From an uncultured Candidatus Saccharibacteria bacterium (GTDB taxonomy: Bacteria; Patescibacteriota; Minisyncoccia; Phycocordibacterales; UBA9973): DNA of 63,188 nucleotides. This document shows, piece after piece, positions 46,171 through 55,806 of the stretch. The stretch is taken from assembly GCA_964496425.1 (NCBI GenBank), contig CAZBZO010000006.1:1190-64377 (forward strand). Direction: 5' to 3'. The translations under genes were made by a program, and so were the position numbers. The notes below the pieces were generated by a model that saw only the letters and a list, made by a program, of their open reading frames with translations, was not told where the DNA came from and made no database searches. Each line of letters starts with the position of its first letter. Position 1 is the first letter of the stretch.

Positions 46171-47151
46171 TTATTTTTTCCCAATTGCAACTCCCACTAA
46201 ATGGTCTACGAGATGATTGATGTTTGCTCCGACGCGGGCAAGAGCATGGGAGAAATAGCCATGCTCATGGAGGTGCGGCAAAGTATCGACTTCGAGTATA
46301 TAGCGGCCTTTCGGGCTTTCCACAAGCTCAATGAGGCCATAGTGTCGCAAACCAAAGTGGCCAAAGAGCGTACGACCGATCTCCTGGAGCTCGCGCTCTG
46401 ATATGTGCGTGCCGACAGGTATGAAAGAATGTTCTCCCTTTTGCCTGGTCTCTGAGTCCCAGATTTTGCCCGGCTTTTTGATCTCGCTTGGCAAAAGATG
46501 ATAGAGCTGTTCGCCTCGAAAACCCTCGATCATCCCGATCGTAATCTCCCGTCCAGGAATATATTCTTCCACTATCATATCCCCTCCTTCCCGACTCGCT
46601 TCTGCCAGTGCGCCGACCAATTCGCCAAATGTCTGCACGTACTGGACGCCGCGGGAGCCGGTGCCTGACTTCGGTTTTATCACCCATGGCGGCGGCATCG
46701 CATCAAAAATCTTTTTAGCTGTTTGAAATAAATAATCCTTAAAATCTTCTTCTGTATCAAATGATGTCTGCGGCAAGACCAGCATATCGGGAGTTTTGAG
46801 GCCAAGCTTGGTGAATTCTTCTTTGGACAAAAGTTTGTTCATAGCCAAAGCAGATCCAAGCGCCGGAGTGCCGACATATGGCAGCCCCATATCTTCAAGC
46901 ATGCGTGAAAGCGTCCCGTCTTCTCCGATGCCATGGAGCGCATTCCAAAACACATCCACTTGGTGGAGCAAGGCATCGCGCGACAGCGGCTGACCGCGCA
47001 CGTGCCACGTCCCTGCGCGATCAATAAAAATATCTACTGGTATATATTTTTCAGGCATCGAAGAGAGCGCACGCAGAACTTCTGCGCCACTCTTAAGCGA
47101 TGTTTCATATTCCATACCTTGCCCGCCGCGAAGTACTCCGACTCGTATCAT
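46171..47151 (-). CDS. D-Ala-D-Ala ligase-like ATP-grasp protein (divergent active site)
   Basis: VGVLRGG..EYETSLKSG, LHG.GEDG, VEEYIPGRE; RID changed to LIE and EVNTxPG to EVDTLPH. Confidence 0.75.
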   Translation of the reverse strand: MIRVGVLRGGQGMEYETSLKSGAEVLRALSSMPEKYIPVDIFIDRAGTWHVRGQPLSRDALLHQVDVFWNALHGIGEDGTLSRMLEDMGLPYVGTPALGSALAMNKLLSKEEFTKLGLKTPDMLVLPQTSFDTEEDFKDYLFQTAKKIFDAMPPPWVIKPKSGTGSRGVQYVQTFGELVGALAEASREGGDMIVEEYIPGREITIGMIEGFRGEQLYHLLPSEIKKPGKIWDSETRQKGEHSFIPVGTHISERELQEIGRTLFGHFGLRHYGLIELVESPKGRYILEVDTLPHLHEHGYFSHALARVGANINHLVDHLVGVAIGKK

Positions 47152-47213
47152 GGAGTAAGTATACCGCAGAGTAAAACAAAAAACACCGCTTTGGTGTTTT
47201 TTGTTTTACTGTT

Positions 47214-47660
47214 TTATTTCTTCAAACTTTTCTTTGCCATGCTTTTGGCTTTTTTCATTGGCTTACCGGCCATCTTTTTCATAGAACCTTTTGCTTTCCC
47301 CGCCATACTTTTACCTTTCTTTTTAGCACCGGCTACAACTGTTTTGCCAGTATTTTTAAGTTCTTTGATAAAGCCTGCGAGATCAGCCGCACTGACTTCT
47401 TTCATTTCGCTGTACTTATCCCCAATAGCTTCTACAAGGGCATCATAAGCTTCCATACTTATCTCTTTACCATTTTCGAGCTGTTCCAAAAGTTCACCTT
47501 TGGCCTTGAGCATCCAGCCTTTCACCACCTTGCGGTTTTTTTCGCCACGCTTACCTGTAAGCATATAGGTGCCGATTGCTGCTGCTGATATTGCCGCTAC
47601 TCCCAAACCCATCTTCATTGCACCACTCATACCATCTTTTTTAGACATTTTTTTTGCCAT
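47214..47660 (-). CDS. YtxH-like membrane-anchored basic protein
   Basis: G/A-rich TM segment followed by helical region and K/M-rich tail. Confidence 0.6.
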   Translation of the reverse strand: MAKKMSKKDGMSGAMKMGLGVAAISAAAIGTYMLTGKRGEKNRKVVKGWMLKAKGELLEQLENGKEISMEAYDALVEAIGDKYSEMKEVSAADLAGFIKELKNTGKTVVAGAKKKGKSMAGKAKGSMKKMAGKPMKKAKSMAKKSLKK

Positions 47661-47711
47661 ATGTTTCCTCGGCTCGCCGTAGCAAATGCATAGGCGGCTT
47701 AAAATTAATTA

Positions 47712-47978
47712 TTAATCGTTTTTACGAATTTTCTTCTTCTCGCGGTGAATAATACCCATGACAGTCGCTACGATACCATCGTGTTTTACTTCCTCGGCTA
47801 CGGTATCGATCGCTCCCCCAACACTTTCTGCGCTTTCTCGGATGCGCTTCGTGACTGCGGCCACATCGCCTAAGATACGGACAACATAGACCCCGATCAC
47901 GATCGTGGCAACACCGACAATAGCGACAAAAATGGTTGCGACGAAAAAGAAAATATCTGCGTGTAATATACTCTCCAT
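47712..47978 (-). CDS. small DUF948/YtxG-like membrane protein
   Basis: TM helix plus amphipathic coiled coil; TGG-TATAGT 6 nt upstream. Confidence 0.6.
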   Translation of the reverse strand: MESILHADIFFFVATIFVAIVGVATIVIGVYVVRILGDVAAVTKRIRESAESVGGAIDTVAEEVKHDGIVATVMGIIHREKKKIRKND

Positions 47979-48042
47979 AGTTTTACTATACCACTAATTG
48001 ATAAAATTCATATTCATAGGTACTAACGTTTCGCTTTTGATT

Positions 48043-49302
48043 TTATGACAGTGGTAGATTGAGAAAACTTTTCCCGCGGCGTAGTTTATGAAATGCGATG
48101 CCATAGCGATGAGCTTCAGCGTTGGCAAGTAGTATGGCTGACTCTTTGCCTGCGATTGTTTTTTCGTCACCCAAGATATGATCCGGCTTATGACGGGCAT
48201 TTTTCACGACCGTGGCGACAGGTATTTTGTATTGATAGCGCTTCAGCACTTGCTCGGCCACTTTCTTCTGCGCTTCTGCCCCGTCTACGACGACAAGATC
48301 TGGCAATCCCCATTCGCTATGTCGAAAACGTCGGGAAAGCATTTCTTCAAGCGCACCTGTGTCGTTGGCATCGCTTTGAGTGCGGATGATGAATTTACGA
48401 TATTCTTTTTTATCAGCAATGCCGTTTTCAAGCACGGTCATCACGCCTACCATATTTTTTCCGCTCATATGGGCAATGTCGTAAGCTTCAATACGGTACT
48501 TCTTAATGCGACCTTCCTCAAGATTTTCCTCTTTAATAAGCGACACATCGCGAATGTGCTCAAGCGCAAAGATTTGCCGTTTGATCATATCGGCTTGCTC
48601 AAATTCTTGTCGCGCTGCATGCGCCATCATATCTTTTTTCAAACTGCGAATAATTTGTCGTTTCTTGCCTTCGAAGAGTAGTTTGATATTTTTTATATTT
48701 TTTGAGTAGGCACTCGCTGCCTCTATGTTGGTCACTTCTGGTGTCAGGCCCAGCTGGCGATAAAATTCATACTGATCGCGTTTGGCTGAGCTGGCATCCA
48801 CAAACGGAAAAATCCGTCTGATAATTTTCAAAGCTTCACGAAGCGCACCGCCTGAAGTAAAGGGTCCGTATGTTTTATCAAGCTTAGTATCAGACGGCAC
48901 GTGAATAGCAGCCGCATTCCCTTCTTGATATTGTTTCAGGTCATGTCCTCGCACGACAAGAATTTTTGGAAATTGCTCTTTGGTGATGCAAATATAATTC
49001 CAACTCTTATCATCTTTTTCACGAGTATTGTAGTACGGCTTATATTTTTTGATGAGACTGGCTTCGAGAATCAAGGCTTCAAGCACGCTGTCGGTCTCCT
49101 GCCATTTCAAGCCACTGGCCTTAAACACCATATCGAGAATATGCGGCCCACGAGTCGCGATGAGATCTTTGGCAAAATAGCTTCGTACTCGATCACGGAG
49201 CGAAGTGGCTTTGCCGATATAGAGCGTACTGCCTTTGCTTTGGAAATAGTATACGCCCGGCTTGTCAGGCAAATTGAATTTTTTGAGCTGTTTGGTATTC
49301 AT
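48043..49302 (-). CDS. uvrC: excinuclease ABC subunit C (short form, no HhH domain)
   Basis: GIY-YIG (GVYYF, LYIGKA), UVR motif, RNase H-like IEAYDIAH/VVVDG. Confidence 0.9.
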   Translation of the reverse strand: MNTKQLKKFNLPDKPGVYYFQSKGSTLYIGKATSLRDRVRSYFAKDLIATRGPHILDMVFKASGLKWQETDSVLEALILEASLIKKYKPYYNTREKDDKSWNYICITKEQFPKILVVRGHDLKQYQEGNAAAIHVPSDTKLDKTYGPFTSGGALREALKIIRRIFPFVDASSAKRDQYEFYRQLGLTPEVTNIEAASAYSKNIKNIKLLFEGKKRQIIRSLKKDMMAHAARQEFEQADMIKRQIFALEHIRDVSLIKEENLEEGRIKKYRIEAYDIAHMSGKNMVGVMTVLENGIADKKEYRKFIIRTQSDANDTGALEEMLSRRFRHSEWGLPDLVVVDGAEAQKKVAEQVLKRYQYKIPVATVVKNARHKPDHILGDEKTIAGKESAILLANAEAHRYGIAFHKLRRGKSFLNLPLS

Positions 49303-49354
49303 AATTCTTCACTCTTATAAGATCTGAGTATAACAAAAAGGCTCTAAAATAGTC

Positions 49355-49383
49355 TTGACTGATTAGTATTTTTAATGTATTAT
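49355..49383 (+). promoter_or_regulatory. sigma70-type promoter TTGACT-N17-TATTAT
   Basis: Near-consensus, 37 nt upstream of ATG 49421. Confidence 0.65.
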
Positions 49384-49420
49384 AGTAAAAATTTCATTCA
49401 CCTCACCTAAATTTTAACAG

Positions 49421-49729
49421 ATGAAAACAACATCGATTCTTTTGATTGTGGCTTTCGCGGCTGCGAGTTTTTATTTTTTTATTAACTCAGCAAGACACAA
49501 ATGTCCAGAGTTAGCATCACAAGTAGAAAAGCAACAAAGAAAAATAGATTCTTTGGTGAAACAGAAAGATGTTTATTTCACCCAGATCGTAGATTACCAA
49601 AAACAAATTCGGCAAAATGACTCTGCTAACGCCGAACATCAAAGACACCACGTAGCGGCACAAAACATGCTGGACCATGCTCACAAGAAAATCAAACCTC
49701 AGGTTTCGCCCTGGAATCCTGATTTATAA
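49421..49729 (+). CDS. hypothetical signal-anchored coiled-coil protein (102 aa)
   Basis: N-terminal hydrophobic helix, Q/K-rich coil, own promoter and terminator. Confidence 0.6.
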   Translation: MKTTSILLIVAFAAASFYFFINSARHKCPELASQVEKQQRKIDSLVKQKDVYFTQIVDYQKQIRQNDSANAEHQRHHVAAQNMLDHAHKKIKPQVSPWNPDL

Positions 49730-49754
49730 GAGCATAAGAGTAACTTATCGTTTT

Positions 49755-49783
49755 AAAAGTATGAGGCAAAACCTCATACTTTT
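49755..49783. terminator. bidirectional terminator
   Basis: aaaagtatgagg-caaaa-cctcatactttt. Confidence 0.75.
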
Positions 49784-49842
49784 TTATTTTCGTAACACTT
49801 TCTTTAAATACTTTCCAGTAAATGATTTTGTATTGTTTGCTA

Positions 49843-49891
49843 CCCCGGCAGGAAAATTTGTCATCGAATGCATTTCAAATTTCCTACGGGG
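49843..49891. repeat. CCCCG...ACGGGG palindromic (REP-like) element
   Basis: ccccggcaggaaaatttg ... caaatttcctacgggg imperfect inverted repeat. Confidence 0.55.
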
Positions 49892-49907
49892 CGAGACGTT
49901 ACCTATT

Positions 49908-52514
49908 TTACTTTTTTCTTAGTACCTTCTTTAGGTAGTGTCCCGTAAAGCTCTTTGATGAATTTGCAACTTCCTCCGGTGTACCACGAGCTACGATTTC
50001 TCCCCCACCAGAACCGCCTTCGGGACCGATGTCGATAATATAGTCAGCACATTTGATGATGTCGAGGTTGTGCTCGATCAATATCACGGTATTGCCCTTG
50101 CCGACGAGTTGATTGAGTACATGTAGTAGATTGGCGACGTCGTCATAGTGGAGTCCGATCGTCGGCTCATCCAGAAGATAGATCGTTTTTTCAACATGCG
50201 GACGATAGAGCTCGCTTGATATTTTCACCCGTTGCGCTTCCCCGCCCGAGAGCGTGGTAGCGCTCTGTCCAAGCTTCACATAAGCCAGTCCCACATCTGA
50301 AAGTGTTTTCAAACGATCATAGATGGCCGGAATATCCTCAAAAAATGCCAGCGCATCTTCTACTGTCATCTGGAGCACTTCATAAATATTTTTCTTTTTG
50401 TATTTGACCGTGAGTGTCTCTTTGTCAAAGCGCTTGCCGCCGCAGACGTCACAAGTGACATAGACTGTCGGTAAAAAATGCATCTCGACTGCTATCTCGC
50501 CGTTGCCTTCACACGCTTCACAACGTCCGCCTTTGACGTTGAAGGAGAAGCGATTGGCCTTCCAGCCGCGAAGCCGTGCGTCTTCAGTCGTGGCAAAGAG
50601 ATCACGGATATGCGTAAAGGTGCCGGTATAGGTCGCAATATTTGAGCGAGGTGTGCGGCCGATTGGCGACTGATCGATGAGGATGGCACGGGAGACGTAT
50701 TCGCTGCCCGTAAACGACGCACAGTTAAATGTTTGGGCACTTCGATAGGCTCGTTCGAGACGTGCCTGGAGATTTTTATAGAGGATTTCGTACATGAACG
50801 AACTTTTGCCGGAGCCTGAGACACCAGTAATGCAGACGAATTTCCCGAGTGGCACTTCGACATTCATGTTTTTGATATTAAACACTTTTCCACCAGCAAT
50901 CTTGAGCGAGCCTTTTTCCGTATCGCGACGTTTTACAGGCACTGGGATTTTTTCTTCTCCTCGCAAATACGCGAGTGTGCGGGACTTGGATGGATTGGTC
51001 TTGGCATCGAGAAGTTCTGCCAAATCACCCGAGACGACAACCTTGCCGCCATGCACGCCAGCTTTTGGGCCGATATCAATAATATAGTCCGATGCAAAAA
51101 TAGTGTCTTCGTCGTGTTCGACAACAATGATCGTATTGCCGAGATCACGTAAGTCTTCAAGGGTGCTAATCAAACGTTCATTGTCGCGCTGGTGAAGTCC
51201 GATCGTCGGCTCGTCGAGCACATAGAGTGCGCCGACGAGTCGTGAGCCAAGCTGAGAAGCCAAACGAATACGCTGACTCTCTCCACCCGAGAGCGTATTG
51301 GCTTTGCGGTTCAAAGAAAGGTAGTTGAGACCGACGTTTAACATAAATTGGAGTCGGGTCTCAATCTCTTTGATGACCACTTTAGCGATTTCTTTCTCCT
51401 GCGCAGTAAGCTTGAGGTCTATGAAAAAATCTGCCGCGTCTTCGATAGAAAGATTAGTAAGGTTGACGATATTAATTTGTTTTTTGGTCTCGTCGGATTT
51501 CAAAAATACGTTCAGTGCTTCCGGCCGCAAGCGAGCTCCGCCGCAAACTTCACAGGCATCGAGTCCGCCGAAATATTTCGTACCCAAGCCATTACATTCC
51601 GGACAGGCACCGTAGGGAGAATTGAAAGAAAAAAGTCGCGGCTCGATTTCCGGAAATGAAAATCCATCGCGCGGACAAGCAAAACGAGCAGACAAGATAG
51701 ATTCTTCATCGGAAATTTTAATGCTTACCAAGCCATCCGACTCAATGAGTGCGCGCTCTACCGCTTCAGCGAGGCGCATCCGCGCATCGGCTGGCGTATC
51801 CTTGAATTCATGCACGGCAAAACTATCAACCAAGACGTCGATATCATGTTTTTTTGTTTTTGATAGCTCGACTCGATCGCGGAGATTTTTCAGTGCGCCA
51901 TCGAGACGAACCTTGGCAAAACCTTTACCCAAAAGATCATAGAGCAGCTGATAGTATTCGCCTTTGCGTCCACGGACGATCGGAGAAAAGATTTCGATCT
52001 GGAGATCATTCCACTCTATACCCATGACAGCTTTTTTACCTTTAGTCCCCTTTGAATATACAGCGACTTTTTCCAAAATAAAGTTGATGATTTCTTCATG
52101 GGAGAGTTTTTTGATCTCATCGCCACAGAGCGGACAGTGTGGGTGCCCGATACGCGCGTAGAGCACACGGAGGTAGTCGTAGATCTCGGTAATAGTCGCC
52201 ACGGTAGAACGCGGATTGTTGGAGCGAGACTTCTGGTCGATCGAAATGGCAGGAGAAAGTCCCGTGATCTCATCGACATCAGGCTTTGGCATTTGATTTA
52301 AAAATTGCCGCGCGTAAGCAGAAAGACTCTCCACGTAGCGGCGCTGACCTTCGGCGAAGATCGTATCGAATGCAAGCGAGCTTTTGCCCGAGCCTGACAT
52401 GCCTGTGATCACCACCATTTTATTGCGTGGCATTTCCACGGTGATGTTTTTGAGGTTGTGGGTGCGTGCACCACGGACAATTATCTTTTCACTTTTCTCT
52501 GTTTTTTCTTTCAT
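49908..52514 (-). CDS. uvrA: excinuclease ABC subunit A
   Basis: [17 protein letters not shown], two LSGGE signatures, zinc fingers. Confidence 0.97.
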   Translation of the reverse strand: MKEKTEKSEKIIVRGARTHNLKNITVEMPRNKMVVITGMSGSGKSSLAFDTIFAEGQRRYVESLSAYARQFLNQMPKPDVDEITGLSPAISIDQKSRSNNPRSTVATITEIYDYLRVLYARIGHPHCPLCGDEIKKLSHEEIINFILEKVAVYSKGTKGKKAVMGIEWNDLQIEIFSPIVRGRKGEYYQLLYDLLGKGFAKVRLDGALKNLRDRVELSKTKKHDIDVLVDSFAVHEFKDTPADARMRLAEAVERALIESDGLVSIKISDEESILSARFACPRDGFSFPEIEPRLFSFNSPYGACPECNGLGTKYFGGLDACEVCGGARLRPEALNVFLKSDETKKQINIVNLTNLSIEDAADFFIDLKLTAQEKEIAKVVIKEIETRLQFMLNVGLNYLSLNRKANTLSGGESQRIRLASQLGSRLVGALYVLDEPTIGLHQRDNERLISTLEDLRDLGNTIIVVEHDEDTIFASDYIIDIGPKAGVHGGKVVVSGDLAELLDAKTNPSKSRTLAYLRGEEKIPVPVKRRDTEKGSLKIAGGKVFNIKNMNVEVPLGKFVCITGVSGSGKSSFMYEILYKNLQARLERAYRSAQTFNCASFTGSEYVSRAILIDQSPIGRTPRSNIATYTGTFTHIRDLFATTEDARLRGWKANRFSFNVKGGRCEACEGNGEIAVEMHFLPTVYVTCDVCGGKRFDKETLTVKYKKKNIYEVLQMTVEDALAFFEDIPAIYDRLKTLSDVGLAYVKLGQSATTLSGGEAQRVKISSELYRPHVEKTIYLLDEPTIGLHYDDVANLLHVLNQLVGKGNTVILIEHNLDIIKCADYIIDIGPEGGSGGGEIVARGTPEEVANSSKSFTGHYLKKVLRKK

Positions 52515-52531
52515 TATTGTTGGGGGGCATG

Positions 52532-52578
52532 CCCCGCATGAAACAGGCGGTAAGAACCGCCGTAGTTTTCATACGGGG
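52532..52578. repeat. CCCCG...ACGGGG palindromic (REP-like) element
   Basis: ccccgcatgaaac-a-ggcggt-aaga-accgcc-gta-gttttcatacgggg nested hairpin. Confidence 0.6.
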
Positions 52579-52625
52579 TGTCTATCTCTATGCAACTTCG
52601 TCAATTGTACCACATCAGTCAAGCA

Positions 52626-52654
52626 TTGACAAAAGATTATTTTCATTATAGATT
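52626..52654 (+). promoter_or_regulatory. sigma70-type promoter TTGACA-N17-TAGATT
   Basis: Same hexamers as 25109-25137, 41 nt upstream of ATG 52696. Confidence 0.7.
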
Positions 52655-52695
52655 CTTTATGATAAAATTTTACTTCATTCAAAAACTAATCTGCC

Positions 52696-52968
52696 ATGCT
52701 GTACCCTCTCCCCCACCTTTCCGGTTCAAATTCAAAAAGTGATACCGAGAAAAAAATAATACATATAGTAGAAAAAATCACCGGTAATAACACCACATTG
52801 ACTTCCACTCTTGCTGATCTTAGAGTTGATTACATCAATCTATTCTCTATTACCGAAGCAGTCGAGAAGGAATTCAAAACATCGATTCCGGACAATGTTT
52901 CTGATGCCTGGAGGACTATCGCAGATATTGTAAATACCGCAGATGCTTCCCAAAGGCGCAATAGGTGA
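52696..52968 (+). CDS. acyl-carrier-protein-like protein lacking the phosphopantetheine serine
   Basis: TEKKIIHIV...LADLRVDYINL...AVEKEF...IPD......TIADIV; DSL motif reads DYI. Confidence 0.65.
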   Translation: MLYPLPHLSGSNSKSDTEKKIIHIVEKITGNNTTLTSTLADLRVDYINLFSITEAVEKEFKTSIPDNVSDAWRTIADIVNTADASQRRNR

Positions 52969-52987
52969 AAATTGCCCATTTATAGCC

Positions 52988-53013
52988 GGCTTGAGATTAT
53001 AAAATCTCAAGCC
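52988..53013. terminator. terminator between convergent genes
   Basis: ggcttgagatt-ataa-aatctcaagcc. Confidence 0.7.
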
Positions 53014-53017
53014 ACTT

Positions 53018-55129
53018 TTATTTCTCCATCCGTTTTTTCAGCACCACTATTTCATCACGCAATATTGCCGCGGTTTCAAAATCGAGCTCTTTGACGGCAG
53101 TATTCATATCACGCTCTTTGAGCTTGATGATTTTTTCATACACAGCTTTTTCACGCTCTTCGTCGGAGAGCATGAGCCGTTTGATAGACTTTGATTCGGT
53201 TTTTTCTTTTTTGGTAAGCTCTTTGGCATAGACTTTTTTGAAAAGTTCGATGTCGGCCGAAAGCTCGCCAGCTACTGCTTTGTCGTGTTTGCTTTCAAGC
53301 TCTTCGGTAATATCTTTGATTCTTTTTAGAATGGTTTTCGGGGTTATACCATGCGCTTTGTTGTAGGCGACCTGCCGCTCACGGCGGCGGCTTGTTTCCC
53401 GGATGGCATACTCCATTGAGCCCGTCATTTTGTCGGCATAGAGGATCACTCGGCCTTCACTGTTACGGGCAGCGCGGCCGATGGTTTGGATGAGAGATGT
53501 TTCACTTCGGAGAAATCCTTCTTTATCGGCATCGAGTATACCAATGAGCGCCACTTCGGGAAGATCCAGTCCTTCACGGAGCAGATTGACCCCGACCAAG
53601 ACATCAAAATCCCCTTTTCGAAACTGGGTGAGGATCTGGATACGTTCGATGGTTTTAATATCGCTATGTAGATATTCGGCTTTGATTTTCTTTTCCTTCA
53701 GATAGATCGAGAGATCTTCGGCCATCTTTTTTGTAAGCGTCGTAGCAAGCACCCGAAAGCCGCGCTTAATAGTCGCCTCTGTCTCTTTTATGAAATCTTG
53801 GATTTGGCCTGGATAGCTATCCTTCTCAAGGATGGGTCGGATAACGATTTCTGGGTCCACGAGTCCGGTCGGACGAATGATCTGCTCAACTATTTGCTCA
53901 CTTTTTTCTTTTTCGTACGTAGACGGAGTAGCTGTCGTATAAATGACTTGTCCGACTCGCTCTTCAAACTCAGGATATCTGAGCGGCCTATTGTCAGCAG
54001 CACTTGGCAAGCGAAAGCCGAAATCAATTAATGTTTTTTTACGACTCTGATCACCGGCAAACATACCACCAAGTTGCGGCACAGTCACATGTGATTCATC
54101 GATCACGGTCAAAAAGTCCGGACTACCATCAGGCTTATGCGGAAAATATGAAAGCAGTGTTTCTGGTGGTTCACCGGCTTTTTTACCTGAAAGGTGGCGA
54201 GAATAATTTTCAATCCCTGAACAATAGCCAACCTCCTTGATCATAGCGAGATCGTAGGTTGTACGGCGCTTAATGCGTTCGGCTTCTAAAAGTTTGCCTT
54301 CTTTTTCAAATTTGGCGAGTTGCTCCTTAAGCTCAATCTTGATGGCCTTGATGGCTTGTTCTTTTTTTACTGGATCTGTAAGGAAATGCTTAGCGGGAAA
54401 AAGAAACATGTTGGCGACACTCTCGCGTACATGGGACGACACAGGATCAACAACAAGTATTTCTTTGACCATATCACCTTCTAAAAATATCTGGTACATA
54501 AACGTTTCCGAGACTGGCATGACATCGATCCGATTGCCAAGGACACGAAACTCACCGGAAGACAGGTCGGCATTGGTGCGCGTATAATGGATCGCCACGA
54601 GCTGTTTCATAATCTCAAGGCGTTTGGCGCTATCCCCGACTTTCAGCATGACATGTTCCTTTTCGTACTCCACCGGCGAGCCCAAACCATAAATGCAAGA
54701 CACTGAGGCCACAATGATCACGTCTTTGCGGGTCAGAAGCGCAGCAGTCGAGGCATGACGCAAGCGGTCGATCTCTTCGTTGATCTGCGCATCTTTTTCG
54801 ATATAAGTATCCGTGACTGGCATGTAGGCCTCCGGCTGGTAGAAGTCGTAGTAGGAGACGAAATAATGTACGGCAGCATCAGGAAAAAATTCTCGGTATT
54901 CTTGTGCGAGCTGAGCCGCGAGAGTTTTGTTGTGAGCGATCACCAATGTCGGCTTGTTGTGTGCAGCGATAATATTGGCAACCGTAAACGTTTTACCAGA
55001 TCCAGTCACCCCCAAAAGGGTCTGCTTTTGCATACCCTTCTCAAGTCCACTCATAAGCTGCTTGATCGCTTCCGGCTGGTCCCCTGCCGGAGCCCAATCG
55101 CTTTTTAGTTTGAATACATTACTTGCCAT
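53018..55129 (-). CDS. uvrB: excinuclease ABC subunit B
   Basis: GDQPEAI, LLGVTGSGKT, IDESH, QTIGRAARN, C-terminal UVR motif; ATG 55129. Confidence 0.97.
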   Translation of the reverse strand: MASNVFKLKSDWAPAGDQPEAIKQLMSGLEKGMQKQTLLGVTGSGKTFTVANIIAAHNKPTLVIAHNKTLAAQLAQEYREFFPDAAVHYFVSYYDFYQPEAYMPVTDTYIEKDAQINEEIDRLRHASTAALLTRKDVIIVASVSCIYGLGSPVEYEKEHVMLKVGDSAKRLEIMKQLVAIHYTRTNADLSSGEFRVLGNRIDVMPVSETFMYQIFLEGDMVKEILVVDPVSSHVRESVANMFLFPAKHFLTDPVKKEQAIKAIKIELKEQLAKFEKEGKLLEAERIKRRTTYDLAMIKEVGYCSGIENYSRHLSGKKAGEPPETLLSYFPHKPDGSPDFLTVIDESHVTVPQLGGMFAGDQSRKKTLIDFGFRLPSAADNRPLRYPEFEERVGQVIYTTATPSTYEKEKSEQIVEQIIRPTGLVDPEIVIRPILEKDSYPGQIQDFIKETEATIKRGFRVLATTLTKKMAEDLSIYLKEKKIKAEYLHSDIKTIERIQILTQFRKGDFDVLVGVNLLREGLDLPEVALIGILDADKEGFLRSETSLIQTIGRAARNSEGRVILYADKMTGSMEYAIRETSRRRERQVAYNKAHGITPKTILKRIKDITEELESKHDKAVAGELSADIELFKKVYAKELTKKEKTESKSIKRLMLSDEEREKAVYEKIIKLKERDMNTAVKELDFETAAILRDEIVVLKKRMEK

Positions 55130-55160
55130 AAGCAGCTCATTGTACGATATTTGGGATAAT

Positions 55161-55211
55161 AAAAAAAGCTTCCTTCTTTGCGTACAAATATCGTACACAA
55201 AGAAGGAAGCT
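55161..55211 (-). terminator. strong intrinsic terminator upstream of uvrB
   Basis: 14-bp perfect stem agcttccttctttg/caaagaaggaagct with 7-U tract on the minus strand. Confidence 0.75.
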
Positions 55212-55219
55212 ACTCATTT

Positions 55220-55405
55220 TCACCGGTGCCGCATTCGGTGAATAGTAGGGTTTTTAAATTTTACCCAAATTAGCAACAACACAACCGTAGTTGCTACCGT
55301 ATCCCCGAGGAAAAAGTATCTTGTAAACTCTCCTCCCGCAGCCAGATGGAAGGCGGAAATGATAAGAAAAATAACCGGCCAGGCCAGTAAAAGATTTTTT
55401 TTCAT
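55220..55405 (-). CDS. small two-TM protein (61 aa)
   Basis: MKKNLLLAW... two hydrophobic helices, followed by a terminator. Confidence 0.5.
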   Translation of the reverse strand: MKKNLLLAWPVIFLIISAFHLAAGGEFTRYFFLGDTVATTVVLLLIWVKFKNPTIHRMRHR

Positions 55406-55491
55406 AAAAAGCAGTTTCGTGAAATTTGAGTCGGATTCTACTCTTTTTACACAACAAATCAAGGACTTTCAGTATAAGACCGTACCGAAAT

Positions 55492-55806
55492 TTAGTACAT
55501 TGTATCCCGAATCTTTTCTAGTTGAGAAACAATATTTTGATCAGTAATTTTTGAAAATCGCTCGGTTTCTCCCCCATCGCGCAAAACTGGTTCCATAAAT
55601 GATGCCAGTGGCCGAGCATCCCAGTGACGCCCAGCTTTGTACACGCTCGATTCATATATCGGCCGATAGACCACCATAGCAGACTCATCGAGTCCTTCTA
55701 CTTCCGTATGATGAGCAATGTTTAAGACCTCATAGGCATAGTCATTAATCTCGCCTGCCGGATCATGTTTGTAGTGATAATAAAATCCTGGTTGTGGTAT
55801 TTGCAT
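55492..55806 (-). CDS. DUF1653-domain protein
   Basis: GFYYHYK, YEVLNIAHHTE, MVVYRPIY, RPLASF, RF; ATG 55806 7 nt after TATACT. Confidence 0.82.
   Translation of the reverse strand: MQIPQPGFYYHYKHDPAGEINDYAYEVLNIAHHTEVEGLDESAMVVYRPIYESSVYKAGRHWDARPLASFMEPVLRDGGETERFSKITDQNIVSQLEKIRDTMY

Noticed and set aside
47988-48057. Long imperfect hairpin (taccact...agtggta) overlapping the uvrC 3' end
   Set aside because: Short AT-rich arms with large gaps; compatible with chance
48043-49302. uvrC or proS as truncated pseudogenes
   Set aside because: Both have intact catalytic motifs and clean ends; short forms are expected in reduced genomes
25100-52990. Integron attC sites around the orphan genes
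   Set aside because: Flanking hairpins are ordinary terminators without RYYYAAC/GTTRRRY boxes, and there is no intI
48043-55211. Shared LexA/SOS box upstream of uvrA, uvrB and uvrC
   Set aside because: No common palindrome was found; the shared attgtac is just the -10 element
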